A program made the translations under genes and the position numbers. A DNA stretch of 64,000 nucleotides from an uncultured Gammaproteobacteria bacterium (GTDB lineage: Bacteria; Patescibacteriota; Patescibacteriia; Magasanikbacterales; GWA2-37-8): the NCBI GenBank assembly GCA_964540825.1, contig CAZINT010000003.1, positions 19,250-83,249 on the forward strand. Direction: 5' to 3'. Shown here piece by piece: positions 49,670-58,736 of this stretch; the first letter of the stretch is position 1; each line of letters opens with the position of its first letter. Below the pieces are notes generated by a model. That model was not told the origin of the DNA and did not search any database. It saw only the letters and a program-made list of their open reading frames with translations.

Positions 49670-50458
49670 TTAAGAAACAATTTTGCCTTCAATGACGTCC
49701 GGCTTCTTGGGCTCGTCCGGATTCATGGGGAGCCCTTTCTTGCGAGCAAGCATATATTGCTGCAAGACCATAAGCATAGTTCCAAAGAACCAATACAATG
49801 ATAGTCCGCCTGGCAAACTAAAACCGATAATAGCAGTCATGGCCGGCATGAAGTACAGCATCTGCTTATTCATCATAGCCATCATACCTTCGTCTTTACT
49901 GCCCGCACCGGCTGTTTTTGGCGGCATACGCTGACTCATGCCGCGGGCTTGCAAATATTGCGCAAGGCCAGCAGCTACCGCAAGTACGTAGTTTGGTTTT
50001 AAAAGATTGAATAGTCCTAGCGACACAGGATTGATCGTTCCCGGATCACGTACGAATGAATAGAGTGTTTGCGCAACATTTGTTGAAGCAAGACCCGCAC
50101 GAAGTACGGCGTAGAGCGCAATTAAAATTGGAATTTGCAAAAGAAGGGGCAAACAGGAAGCAAAGGGATTTACTTTATTATTCTTGTACAGTTCCATGGT
50201 TGCCTGCGCAAGCGCTTGTTGATCACTGCCATGCTTTTTCTTGAGCTCATCCAATTTCGGCTGAAGGCTCTGGAGGGACTGCTGCGCCTTGATCGATGAC
50301 GATGTGAGCGGGAAAAGAATTAAGCGAATAAGGAGTGTGATGATCAATATTACCAAACCCACATCGTGCCCCGGCACAATATTATAGAGCTCAATGAAAA
50401 GATTAAAGATTGGTTTGTAGAGCACGACGTGGAAGGCAGAAGAAATTGCTGCGAACAT
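49670..50458 (-). CDS. yidC: Membrane protein insertase YidC
   Basis: LQPKL..LKKK, LYK..KVNP..SCLPLLLQIPI, PGGLSLYW. Confidence 0.95.
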   Translation of the reverse strand: MFAAISSAFHVVLYKPIFNLFIELYNIVPGHDVGLVILIITLLIRLILFPLTSSSIKAQQSLQSLQPKLDELKKKHGSDQQALAQATMELYKNNKVNPFASCLPLLLQIPILIALYAVLRAGLASTNVAQTLYSFVRDPGTINPVSLGLFNLLKPNYVLAVAAGLAQYLQARGMSQRMPPKTAGAGSKDEGMMAMMNKQMLYFMPAMTAIIGFSLPGGLSLYWFFGTMLMVLQQYMLARKKGLPMNPDEPKKPDVIEGKIVS

Positions 50459-50481
50459 AATTTACAATTGTTGATTTAAAG

Positions 50482-51738
50482 TTACTCTTTAGTTTCTGCT
50501 TCCGGTTCAACCGCTTCTTCAGTTTTTGTTTCGGGTGCAGCTTCAGTTTGTTCGCCCTCGGTATCAGGAGCTTCTTCAGTTTCTTCAACTGCTTTTTCTG
50601 GAGCGCCTTCTTGGATGACGCTGATTTTCCAGCCTGTTAACTCAGAAGCAAGGCGAACATTTTGACCGCTGCGGCCGATCGCCAGTGAAAATTGATCAGG
50701 GGCCACCAGCACTTTGGCAACTTTACCATCTTCTTCCAGCTCAACATTCAAAACTTTAGCTGGAGAAAGCGCATGCAAAATATATTTTTTAGCATCTTCA
50801 TTGTACTGAATAACATCAATTTTTTCGCCGCCAAGTTCTTCGATAATAGTCGTAATACGGCTGCCGCGCTGGCCAATACATGAACCGATCGGATCGATTG
50901 AACTGTCACTCGTGGCGACTGCGACTTTGGACCGGAAGCCAGCTTCACGAGCCAAGCCTTTGATTTCAATAACACCATCCGCGACTTCCGGAATTTCTTG
51001 TTTAAAAATTTCTTTTACCATGCCAACCGAATTGCGCGACAAAATGATTTCGGGTCCGCGCATACCCATCTCAACTCCGGCAACATAAAATTTCATGCGG
51101 TTGCCAGGGCGATAGTGCTCGTTATAAATCTGATGATCAGATGATAAGACGCCGGTTATTTTCCCAAGATCAACCAAAACCTTGCGTCCTTCGACACGCT
51201 GAATGGTTCCTTGAATGATTGTTCCTTCTTGACCTTTGAAATCACCAAAGACCATCGTGCGTTCGGCTTCGCGAATTTTTTGAATAATAACCTGCTTGGC
51301 AGTCTGGGCAGCCATGCGACCAAACTCATGGGTAATTGGCAATTCGATCTCAATCACGTCACCCAGTTTTACTTTGCCTTTAATAATTTTGGCTTCAGAA
51401 ATCATCATTTCCGTTTTGGGATTGAAGCGGGGCAAATCGGCTGTTTCTTCGTCAGTCAGTTCACGCCCTTCGTCTTTGGCTTTTTTGCGGCGTTCAACTA
51501 ATTCTTCTTGGGCTTTTTCCAAAGTTTCCGGGTCAACATCCTCAACTACAGTCTTGATATCCCACGCCTGCATATCGCCGGTTTCCGGATCAAATTTTAC
51601 TTTAATATTTTGCTGCTTGTTGCCAAAATCCTTGCGGTAGGCGGCCGCAAGTGCGATTTCGATGGTTTCCATGACTGCTTCATAGGATAAATTCTTTTCG
51701 TCACAGAGGGCCTGAATTGCTTTTGTAATCTCGGACAT
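50482..51738 (-). CDS. nusA: Transcription termination factor NusA
   Basis: FGRMAAQTAKQV, S1 and KH domains, AIGRSGQNVRLA. Confidence 0.97.
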   Translation of the reverse strand: MSEITKAIQALCDEKNLSYEAVMETIEIALAAAYRKDFGNKQQNIKVKFDPETGDMQAWDIKTVVEDVDPETLEKAQEELVERRKKAKDEGRELTDEETADLPRFNPKTEMMISEAKIIKGKVKLGDVIEIELPITHEFGRMAAQTAKQVIIQKIREAERTMVFGDFKGQEGTIIQGTIQRVEGRKVLVDLGKITGVLSSDHQIYNEHYRPGNRMKFYVAGVEMGMRGPEIILSRNSVGMVKEIFKQEIPEVADGVIEIKGLAREAGFRSKVAVATSDSSIDPIGSCIGQRGSRITTIIEELGGEKIDVIQYNEDAKKYILHALSPAKVLNVELEEDGKVAKVLVAPDQFSLAIGRSGQNVRLASELTGWKISVIQEGAPEKAVEETEEAPDTEGEQTEAAPETKTEEAVEPEAETKE

Positions 51739-51823
51739 AGTGCGTAGTTTAGAAGGGTTAATTAGTTATGAGTATAGCAGTTTTTAACAAAAAAGGCCAC
51801 TTTTATAAAGCGGTCTTAAGTTC

Positions 51824-51852
51824 AGAATACCTGACTAACTAAAAACTGTCAA
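51824..51852 (-). promoter_or_regulatory. Putative nusA promoter TTGACA-17-TATTCT
   Basis: Near-consensus hexamers. Confidence 0.65.
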
Positions 51853-51898
51853 GGCAATTTAAAAAAATATTTTGACTACTATTAGCCACTTTTATATA

Positions 51899-51927
51899 TT
51901 GACAAAAAGGAGATTTTATGCTATTCT
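51899..51927 (+). promoter_or_regulatory. Islet promoter TTGACA-17-TATTCT with extended TG
   Basis: Same hexamers as the divergent nusA promoter. Confidence 0.7.
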
Positions 51928-52032
51928 CAACTGTTTAGTCTCAAGATTCTTTCTTTACAAAATCGTCGTCCAGGGCGCTTTTGCAAAGGGAGATTCTCCC
52001 GAAGAAGTCAAAAAAGCACCCCTGGAGGCACC

Positions 52033-52323
52033 ATGGACATGTATAGCGCACGGAAACTGCGCATCACCCTCGCGTCGCTCAAGATCGTCTCCCTGGTCCA
52101 ACCGAAGCGGCTGAAGGAGCTGGCGGCCCCCATTATGGCCGAACTTGAGAAGCTCGTCGTCGCCGAAGAACAGGACAATCACGAATCGACCGCGATCTCC
52201 CTGTGCCTGCGAACGGTCTACAACCAGCTCAACCACCTGCTCGGTCAGAAGACTTTTTACGAGTCCGAGCATGCGCAGCTGGAGCAGATCTGCAGCCTCA
52301 TGGTAGAGGCCATCGCTGGCTAG
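52033..52323 (+). CDS. GC-rich islet gene; 96-aa helical hypothetical protein
   Basis: GGAGG before ATG; C/G-ending codons; own promoter and terminator. Confidence 0.7.
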   Translation: MDMYSARKLRITLASLKIVSLVQPKRLKELAAPIMAELEKLVVAEEQDNHESTAISLCLRTVYNQLNHLLGQKTFYESEHAQLEQICSLMVEAIAG

Positions 52324-52363
52324 TAGCCCCCCTATTTTCTCTACCGTACACCAGTCGGAGAGC

Positions 52364-52437
52364 ACAACACCCCTGCTTCCGATCTTATCTCTTACTACTT
52401 AAGCGATGAGATCGGCAGGGGTGTTGTTTTTATTTTT
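52364..52437 (+). terminator. Long hairpin terminator
   Basis: acaacacccctgc...gcaggggtgttgt-ttttatttt. Confidence 0.75.
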
Positions 52438-53929
52438 TGACAAGCGGTAAAATATAATTTTCTATTGGAGCGTAATCATCAGTTAGCACGGGCATGGTTT
52501 TCGCGAGCGGCGCACTGTGCCTACGGTCCAGCATTTCGGCAGTCGTGCCAGTCGCGCTACTCCAATCAGGCACTACAGTTGATTTTAGAGCAACCAGCAT
52601 AATATTTTGCAGCAACTCCTGATCGGTCGTCGAAGCAACAGGCAGTCGATACACCTGCGGAAATACTTTTTCCAAGGTAGCCGTTTCTGCCGCCAAAAAC
52701 GCATTTCCCTTACCGCCAAGCGCAGCATTAATATTTACAATATACACCCCGGTATCCGTAAGATGATCGGCTATTTTTTGCGCAGCTTCAACAGTTGTAA
52801 GCTGAAAGGGCACGTCAAAAAATGAATGAAACGCATCCCCGTAAATAGCATCGTATTTGGTAGCACCTAACTGATTTAAAAAGGCTCGACCGTCTTGGTG
52901 GTAGATGGTCAAATGCGGGTCAGGTTTTAAATTAAAATATTTTTCAGCCAGGACGGTAACACCCGGATCAATTTCAACAACATCAAGCTTCGCTTCGGGA
53001 TGTTTTTTCAAAAAGTCTTTCGGATATGAATACGCTCCCCCGCCAATCATGAGTGCGTGCTTAATGTTCGGATTAAAAAAATCGGCGAGGCGATAATATT
53101 TTGAATATGGATATACCAAATCGTCATCGTTATCCATAAACATACCCGCCTGGGTGGCTTCGTGCGAACTCACTAAATTGAGCGTAGGACGATTAGTTGC
53201 CGTATCGACACTTTCAATAATTAAAAAACGATTATACTGAGTATCAACATCAGCGGCGATCGCGTTCTGACCCAACAAACCCGGAAGTAAATTAGTCATT
53301 ACTAAGCCTAGGATCACGGCTAGCATGCCAGCTACGCGGATTTTTTTAAGGCCACCCCAAAACACAAACAGTGACGTACAAAAAAGAAGCAGCGCCAGAA
53401 TAAGCAAAATGTTAGTCGTACCAACAAAGGCAATGAGAAAAAAACCAGCGATAAATGTTCCGGCTATACTGCCCAGTGTTGAAAGAGCGTACAGGCTGCC
53501 GACCACCCTACCGGTAGCTTCGAGGGTTTGAATTTTCAATCGAACTGCATAGGGCGAAATCATGCCCAGCACCACGCTTGTGGGACTAAAAATAAGGACA
53601 GCAGCAATAAGTGCGCGCAGGCGCAAATCAACCATGCTCGAACTCATGGTTACCAGAATTGCAAATTTAAAGACTGTAATAATAAGCAGGAACAGAGCAG
53701 CCAAAGCGATCAACAGAGAAAAAAATCGCACCGTTGCTGTGCGATCAGCAAGGCGACCGCCCCACCAATATCCAAGACTGAGACTCCCCAAAATGACGCC
53801 GATAATACTCGTCCATACATACAGCGATGTTCCCAAGTACGGCGCAAAAATACGCGAACCTACAAGCTCAAAAACCATGACCGCAAAGCCACATATAAAA
53901 ACAGCTATTTCAAGAAAATATTTTCGCAT
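52430..53929 (-). CDS. Fused MFS/spermidine synthase-like protein
   Basis: ELVGSR..APY.G, LYALSTLGSI.GT, IGGGAY, VEIDP, DGR.FL, LTDDYAP. Confidence 0.9.
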   Translation of the reverse strand: MRKYFLEIAVFICGFAVMVFELVGSRIFAPYLGTSLYVWTSIIGVILGSLSLGYWWGGRLADRTATVRFFSLLIALAALFLLIITVFKFAILVTMSSSMVDLRLRALIAAVLIFSPTSVVLGMISPYAVRLKIQTLEATGRVVGSLYALSTLGSIAGTFIAGFFLIAFVGTTNILLILALLLFCTSLFVFWGGLKKIRVAGMLAVILGLVMTNLLPGLLGQNAIAADVDTQYNRFLIIESVDTATNRPTLNLVSSHEATQAGMFMDNDDDLVYPYSKYYRLADFFNPNIKHALMIGGGAYSYPKDFLKKHPEAKLDVVEIDPGVTVLAEKYFNLKPDPHLTIYHQDGRAFLNQLGATKYDAIYGDAFHSFFDVPFQLTTVEAAQKIADHLTDTGVYIVNINAALGGKGNAFLAAETATLEKVFPQVYRLPVASTTDQELLQNIMLVALKSTVVPDWSSATGTTAEMLDRRHSAPLAKTMPVLTDDYAPIENYILPLVKK

Positions 53930-53930
53930 A

Positions 53931-54728
53931 TTACTTCCCTGCCACGCGCTTCGGAGCTGTACCGGTAATTTTAACCTTATCTCCTACATCCATAAAAGCA
54001 TATAATTTTTCAACATCTTTATATGCCATATTAAGGCAACCGTGACTCATGGGGCGAATACCAAATTGGTTATGCCAATAGGCACCATGCAAGTAGAAAC
54101 TGCGTTTAAATTCTAAATTCCATTTGGTGTTCGGCAGATCATACCCCGGACCTTTGTAATGAACAACAGGAACCTTGCGAATAATCGCGAATTCTCCATT
54201 CGGCGTTGGAGTCTTGGCAAGGCCGCTTGATACGGGCATGGTGCCAAGTTTTACGCCGCCCAAATAATACCCAAGCTGCTGGGTATTTAAGTCCACTTCC
54301 ACATGGCGTTCCAGACTCCGGTCTTTATTGCCTTTTAAAGGATTAAATCCGGCAAAAGCTTCGGCGCCATCCTTACTCCCATCAGCATCCGTGTCGGGAT
54401 TATTTAAATCAGTTTTAAGCGCCAATTCGAGCGCGTCGTTAAGCCCGTCATTATCAGTATCTACATCAGTTAATTTTTTGTTACTACCAGCGAGCGGAGA
54501 ATAGCCATTCACAATCTCGTGCCCATCACTAAAGCCATCGCCGTCTGAGTCAAAAACAGTTGGATTAGTATGATACATCGTCAATTCATCATAATCACTC
54601 AGTCCGTCTTGGTCGGCATCAGTTCCGATTATTTCAGCCTTTGCAGTTCCGGTAAAAACAAAAGACATTCCGACAACCAAAAACGCCACAACGGTTACTC
54701 GATTCAACAACTTCGATATACAGTACAC
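53931..54728 (-). CDS. L,D-transpeptidase (YkuD) with DxDxDG repeats
   Basis: VSSG...TP.GEF, LHGAYWH..FG..MSHGC. Confidence 0.9.
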   Translation of the reverse strand: MYCISKLLNRVTVVAFLVVGMSFVFTGTAKAEIIGTDADQDGLSDYDELTMYHTNPTVFDSDGDGFSDGHEIVNGYSPLAGSNKKLTDVDTDNDGLNDALELALKTDLNNPDTDADGSKDGAEAFAGFNPLKGNKDRSLERHVEVDLNTQQLGYYLGGVKLGTMPVSSGLAKTPTPNGEFAIIRKVPVVHYKGPGYDLPNTKWNLEFKRSFYLHGAYWHNQFGIRPMSHGCLNMAYKDVEKLYAFMDVGDKVKITGTAPKRVAGK

Positions 54729-54746
54729 AACAGTTTAAGTAAAGAA

Positions 54747-55631
54747 TTATTTTACCAGTATATCACCCATCATATCGGTTCGTAAAATAGCCGCACCCGC
54801 CCGTTCTAGTCGCTTAATAACTCGGAGTGATGGATGACCGTATTTGTTAGGCCCCACCGAAATAACCGCTGTTTTTGGCACAACGGCCTCAAGCAGCTCG
54901 CTTCCGCTTGAACTTTTACTTCCATGATGGCCTACTTTGAGCACATGCGATTGAAGACGCGGACACGGATAGGCAAAGGTTGTTGAGGCGGCGGTAGTGC
55001 AGTAACGCTTAAGTAAAGCCTGCTCCAAAGGCACTTCCATATCGGCAGTAAAAAGATATGAATCAGTTGGATCGAGTAAACGAAAAACAATCGAATAATT
55101 ATTACTATCATCAGCTGCGGCAGCAAACTGTAGTGCCGGGTCTGGCGACAAGAATTCAAAGGTTGTACTCGCGATATGCCAAACAAGCGGTGAAGTAATA
55201 GTAACTAATTTTGCTCCAGATTCTTTTTGCACCGCATTCCACGTTTGCCAATACGGATCATTTTCTTTTGATTTGCCATTGGTAATGATCTCGCTCACCT
55301 TGTAACGTTTTACCACATCTACACACCCACCGTAGTGATCAAGGTCTGGATGAGTTGCCAAAACGTAATCGATTGTACGATCGTAAAAAGGTAATTCGGC
55401 ACCAAGTCGTGCGAGCACCCCAGCATTTGGACCGCAATCTACCAGCATTTTCTGGCCATTTCGAAACTGAATGAGTGTACCATCCCCCTGGCCAACGTTC
55501 AAAAAAACAACTTTAAACTCATGAGTTTTGGCATAACTCCATGCTCCGTACCAGGCAGCTGCGCAAGCTAAAACTCCGAAGGCGATAAGACCTGTGCACC
55601 ACAAAGCGATTACCCTCCTTGATAAACGCAT
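54747..55631 (-). CDS. ComEC-type metallo-beta-lactamase-fold nuclease domain (stand-alone)
   Basis: NVGQGD, THPDLDHYGG, LKVGHHGS, N.YGHP. Confidence 0.9.
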   Translation of the reverse strand: MRLSRRVIALWCTGLIAFGVLACAAAWYGAWSYAKTHEFKVVFLNVGQGDGTLIQFRNGQKMLVDCGPNAGVLARLGAELPFYDRTIDYVLATHPDLDHYGGCVDVVKRYKVSEIITNGKSKENDPYWQTWNAVQKESGAKLVTITSPLVWHIASTTFEFLSPDPALQFAAAADDSNNYSIVFRLLDPTDSYLFTADMEVPLEQALLKRYCTTAASTTFAYPCPRLQSHVLKVGHHGSKSSSGSELLEAVVPKTAVISVGPNKYGHPSLRVIKRLERAGAAILRTDMMGDILVK

Positions 55632-55632
55632 A

Positions 55633-56241
55633 TTACTTTGTAGCAACAATGATTTGATTTATCCAAATCTCTTTTTCTTTCACTATAATTTCTTCGACTC
55701 CAAACGCCAGGCTTTCTAAAATTTCCCCGATCTTTTCCGGACGATGATAGTAAGAATCAATTTTAATGATGCCCTGTTTTGTTTCAACTTCCGGCGCTTC
55801 TTTCTGATTAATATTAGTCACAATTAATTTACCATCCGGCTTAAGCACGCGGTACACTTCATCAAAAAAGCGTGTCGGATCTTTAAGGTGAACGATAAGA
55901 AAGGCGGCGACAACAAAATCAAAATGGTTATCGGGAAACGGCAAACTTTCGGCATCGCCCACGACTGTTTCGATCTGAGTTTTAATTTTTGATTTTAATA
56001 CCCTTAACATTTCAGCTGAAACATCCAGCGCAGTTACAATCGCTCCTTTTTTAACAAGCTCAACGGCGAGCCGGCCTGTCCCCGCCCCTACATCTAAAAC
56101 AGTTTTGCCGGCAAGACCACCAAAAAGCGGCAAAACTTTTTGCTGTTCAAAACTATTGAGGTATTTTTCTTTTTTGTCATAGGTGCTGGCAGCCAGGTCG
56201 TAACCGGTTTGCGAATCATGTATTTTTATTTTTGATTTCAT
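55633..56241 (-). CDS. Class I SAM-dependent methyltransferase
   Basis: VLDVGAGTG, GDAESLPF, RVLKPDG. Confidence 0.9.
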   Translation of the reverse strand: MKSKIKIHDSQTGYDLAASTYDKKEKYLNSFEQQKVLPLFGGLAGKTVLDVGAGTGRLAVELVKKGAIVTALDVSAEMLRVLKSKIKTQIETVVGDAESLPFPDNHFDFVVAAFLIVHLKDPTRFFDEVYRVLKPDGKLIVTNINQKEAPEVETKQGIIKIDSYYHRPEKIGEILESLAFGVEEIIVKEKEIWINQIIVATK

Positions 56242-57739
56242 AGCGAACCACCCAGTAAATTAAAATAGCGTACAGGGCAACCATCCCCCACCACGGCAAA
56301 GCAATGTCGAGTGAAGCCCAATTTTTTGAACCAAAGAAAGTAACGACCAGTATAACATATTTAAGTCCCAGACTGGCAACCCAGGCAACTACTTGGCCGA
56401 GCGGAAAATACACAAAACTTATAATGAGCGAAACGAATCCAAGAAGCATGAGCCACGGAATACTCCATAATACTAACACATTCACCAGTGGCGCGACGGT
56501 TGATAACCGACCGAATTGAAACAAAATCAAAGGCAGTGTCGCTATAATCGCCGAAAGTGTGGCAATAAACGTCTCGTAAAATTCTATCAACACAGTTGGC
56601 TTCGTAAGCGTTGGGAATACTTTTTCAAGGAGCGGCGAAACATACACCAAACCAAGCGTGGCTAAAAAGGACAATTGAAAACCAACGTCCCATACGAGTA
56701 CATATGGATTAAGAAGCGTCATGACCGCTGCGGTAAAGACGAGCACGTTACTTATCCGCGATAAGCGCCCGAGCTGACGCGCAATAAGCACGAGACTTCC
56801 CATGATACCTGCCCGCACCACCGACGCAGACGCACCGGTAAAAATAACAAAGAGAAAAATAATCCCCAGGATGAACCAAAACGCTCGACGACGTGACAAG
56901 CCGCCAATCATAAAAAGGCTCGCGAGCACGGTGCCGATGATCGTAATATTAAACCCGGATACGGCAATAATATGTGTAACTCCCGTACGACTAAAATTAG
57001 TTGTTAGCTCAGCCGGCAAACCACTTTTACTGCCATATAAAAGCCCGGCCATAAAACTGGCCTCGGGCTCTGTCCATAGTTTTGCAAGCTGCGTACTGAC
57101 ACGAGCCTTAAAAGACAAAATATGCCGCATGATCACACTGCCGCCTTTGCCGTGTTCGACGCTCATCGATGGATGAGTACACACCGACCAAATATCCTGC
57201 CGGGCTAAATATTTATCATAGCGAAACGTACCATCGTCTGCTACGAACGGTGCTTCGAGTAAACACTTGATACGCAGCTTGTCGCCATACTGAAATGCGG
57301 GATAGGAACGATTTTTTACCAGCATTTTTCCAGCAACTGCGTGATCGATACTATTTTCAGTAATTTTTTGAACCGTTACAACATACTGTGTTTCTCCGAT
57401 TCGCACATCCGGTTCGGCGCTTACGTACCCCGCTACCACAACCGGGCGCCCGTTAAAATACCTTACATACTCAGGAGATTTTACCGGAAAGGTTACCAAA
57501 AACCTAGCCGCACCCAGCATAAAAAATATAAGACCCAAAAAAATAAATCGCATGCTCGGTGTACGCCAAAATATAATTGTAAAAAAACTCGCAACAAAAA
57601 AAGCAACGAAGCAAGGGTACAAAAAATAATTTGTGTCAAAAAATGAAAAACTCGCTGCACCCAGCATAAACAAAAAACAAAACGCTAAGAACGTTTTGCT
57701 TCGTGAAGTAGCTATCCTGGTATATGCCCCCTCAAGCAT
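56216..57739 (-). CDS. comEC: ComEC/Rec2 competence channel (OB + competence domain)
   Basis: F.RTGVTHIIAVSGFN, SVVRAGIM, DVGFQLSF.AT. Confidence 0.93.
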   Translation of the reverse strand: MLEGAYTRIATSRSKTFLAFCFLFMLGAASFSFFDTNYFLYPCFVAFFVASFFTIIFWRTPSMRFIFLGLIFFMLGAARFLVTFPVKSPEYVRYFNGRPVVVAGYVSAEPDVRIGETQYVVTVQKITENSIDHAVAGKMLVKNRSYPAFQYGDKLRIKCLLEAPFVADDGTFRYDKYLARQDIWSVCTHPSMSVEHGKGGSVIMRHILSFKARVSTQLAKLWTEPEASFMAGLLYGSKSGLPAELTTNFSRTGVTHIIAVSGFNITIIGTVLASLFMIGGLSRRRAFWFILGIIFLFVIFTGASASVVRAGIMGSLVLIARQLGRLSRISNVLVFTAAVMTLLNPYVLVWDVGFQLSFLATLGLVYVSPLLEKVFPTLTKPTVLIEFYETFIATLSAIIATLPLILFQFGRLSTVAPLVNVLVLWSIPWLMLLGFVSLIISFVYFPLGQVVAWVASLGLKYVILVVTFFGSKNWASLDIALPWWGMVALYAILIYWVVRYEIKNKNT

Positions 57740-57815
57740 AGTGCGTTATTTTTACCCAATTTCAAAAAATTAATTGCCGACTTCTTCAAAACCGTGCCCG
57801 GCAGTTTTTACCTAT

Positions 57816-58712
57816 TTATTTAACAGCTTCAAAAGCGATATATAATGTTCGGAGCAGCCGATCTCCAATATCGCTGTTCGTAATTGCGACACGTCGCCAG
57901 GCAAACTTAGCGGTACTCGTCGGCTTGTCGCCCGAAAAAATACTCACCGCACCTCTATACCCTGCCTCTTCAGCAATCTCTTTGGTAGTTTCATTGTACA
58001 GACCGAATGGATAGGCTACCGTTGTTATGGGTACACGTAACTCTTTTTCTAAAATCGTTTTACTTTGTTCCAACTGGTACCGTTGCTTTTCTGCCGAAAT
58101 ACTTTTGAGTGATACATGATTCACCGTATGTGATCCGATCTCTACTAGCCCGCTGTTTTCGAGCTCCCGAATCATTGCCCAGGTAAGACTCCCGTGCTTA
58201 CCAATGTCCTGGGTAATCACGTACTCGGTGGCCGGGATATTATACTTTTTAAGAATCGGAAAAACATGCGTATAAAAACTGCGATAGCCATCATCAAAGG
58301 TGAGCACCAACGTCTTGTCAGGCGGGGTCGAACTGGCAGTAAAGAGCTTGAGCGCCTTATCAACAGTCACAAATGTATAACCGCGGTCAAGGAGAAAACT
58401 AACCTGCTGCTCAAAAACACTCGGTAACACAGTAAAACGAAGCTGTTTAAGCGGCGGATGATCGTCCACCTGATGATACATGAGAATACCAAAATGGATA
58501 TCGGGTTTTTTAAGCGGGATAGCCAGGAAGGTCGAAGTAACACTTGTTACCGCATTTTGATACTCCTCAATACTATTGAGATACTCCTCGGCACTCGTAA
58601 GGGACAGCGCACGTGATGCGCGGATTTGTATTTGCACAATAACAATAGTTGCCACGGCAACAATGCCAACAGCGAACGCTGCTAAAAAAATGAGAATGCT
58701 TCTTTTACCCAT
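57816..58712 (-). CDS. Polysaccharide deacetylase (CE4)
   Basis: ILMYH, TFDDG, GSHTVNH, AYPFG. Confidence 0.92.
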   Translation of the reverse strand: MGKRSILIFLAAFAVGIVAVATIVIVQIQIRASRALSLTSAEEYLNSIEEYQNAVTSVTSTFLAIPLKKPDIHFGILMYHQVDDHPPLKQLRFTVLPSVFEQQVSFLLDRGYTFVTVDKALKLFTASSTPPDKTLVLTFDDGYRSFYTHVFPILKKYNIPATEYVITQDIGKHGSLTWAMIRELENSGLVEIGSHTVNHVSLKSISAEKQRYQLEQSKTILEKELRVPITTVAYPFGLYNETTKEIAEEAGYRGAVSIFSGDKPTSTAKFAWRRVAITNSDIGDRLLRTLYIAFEAVK

Positions 58713-58736
58713 ACGGACAAGCGCGTGGGGAGCGTA

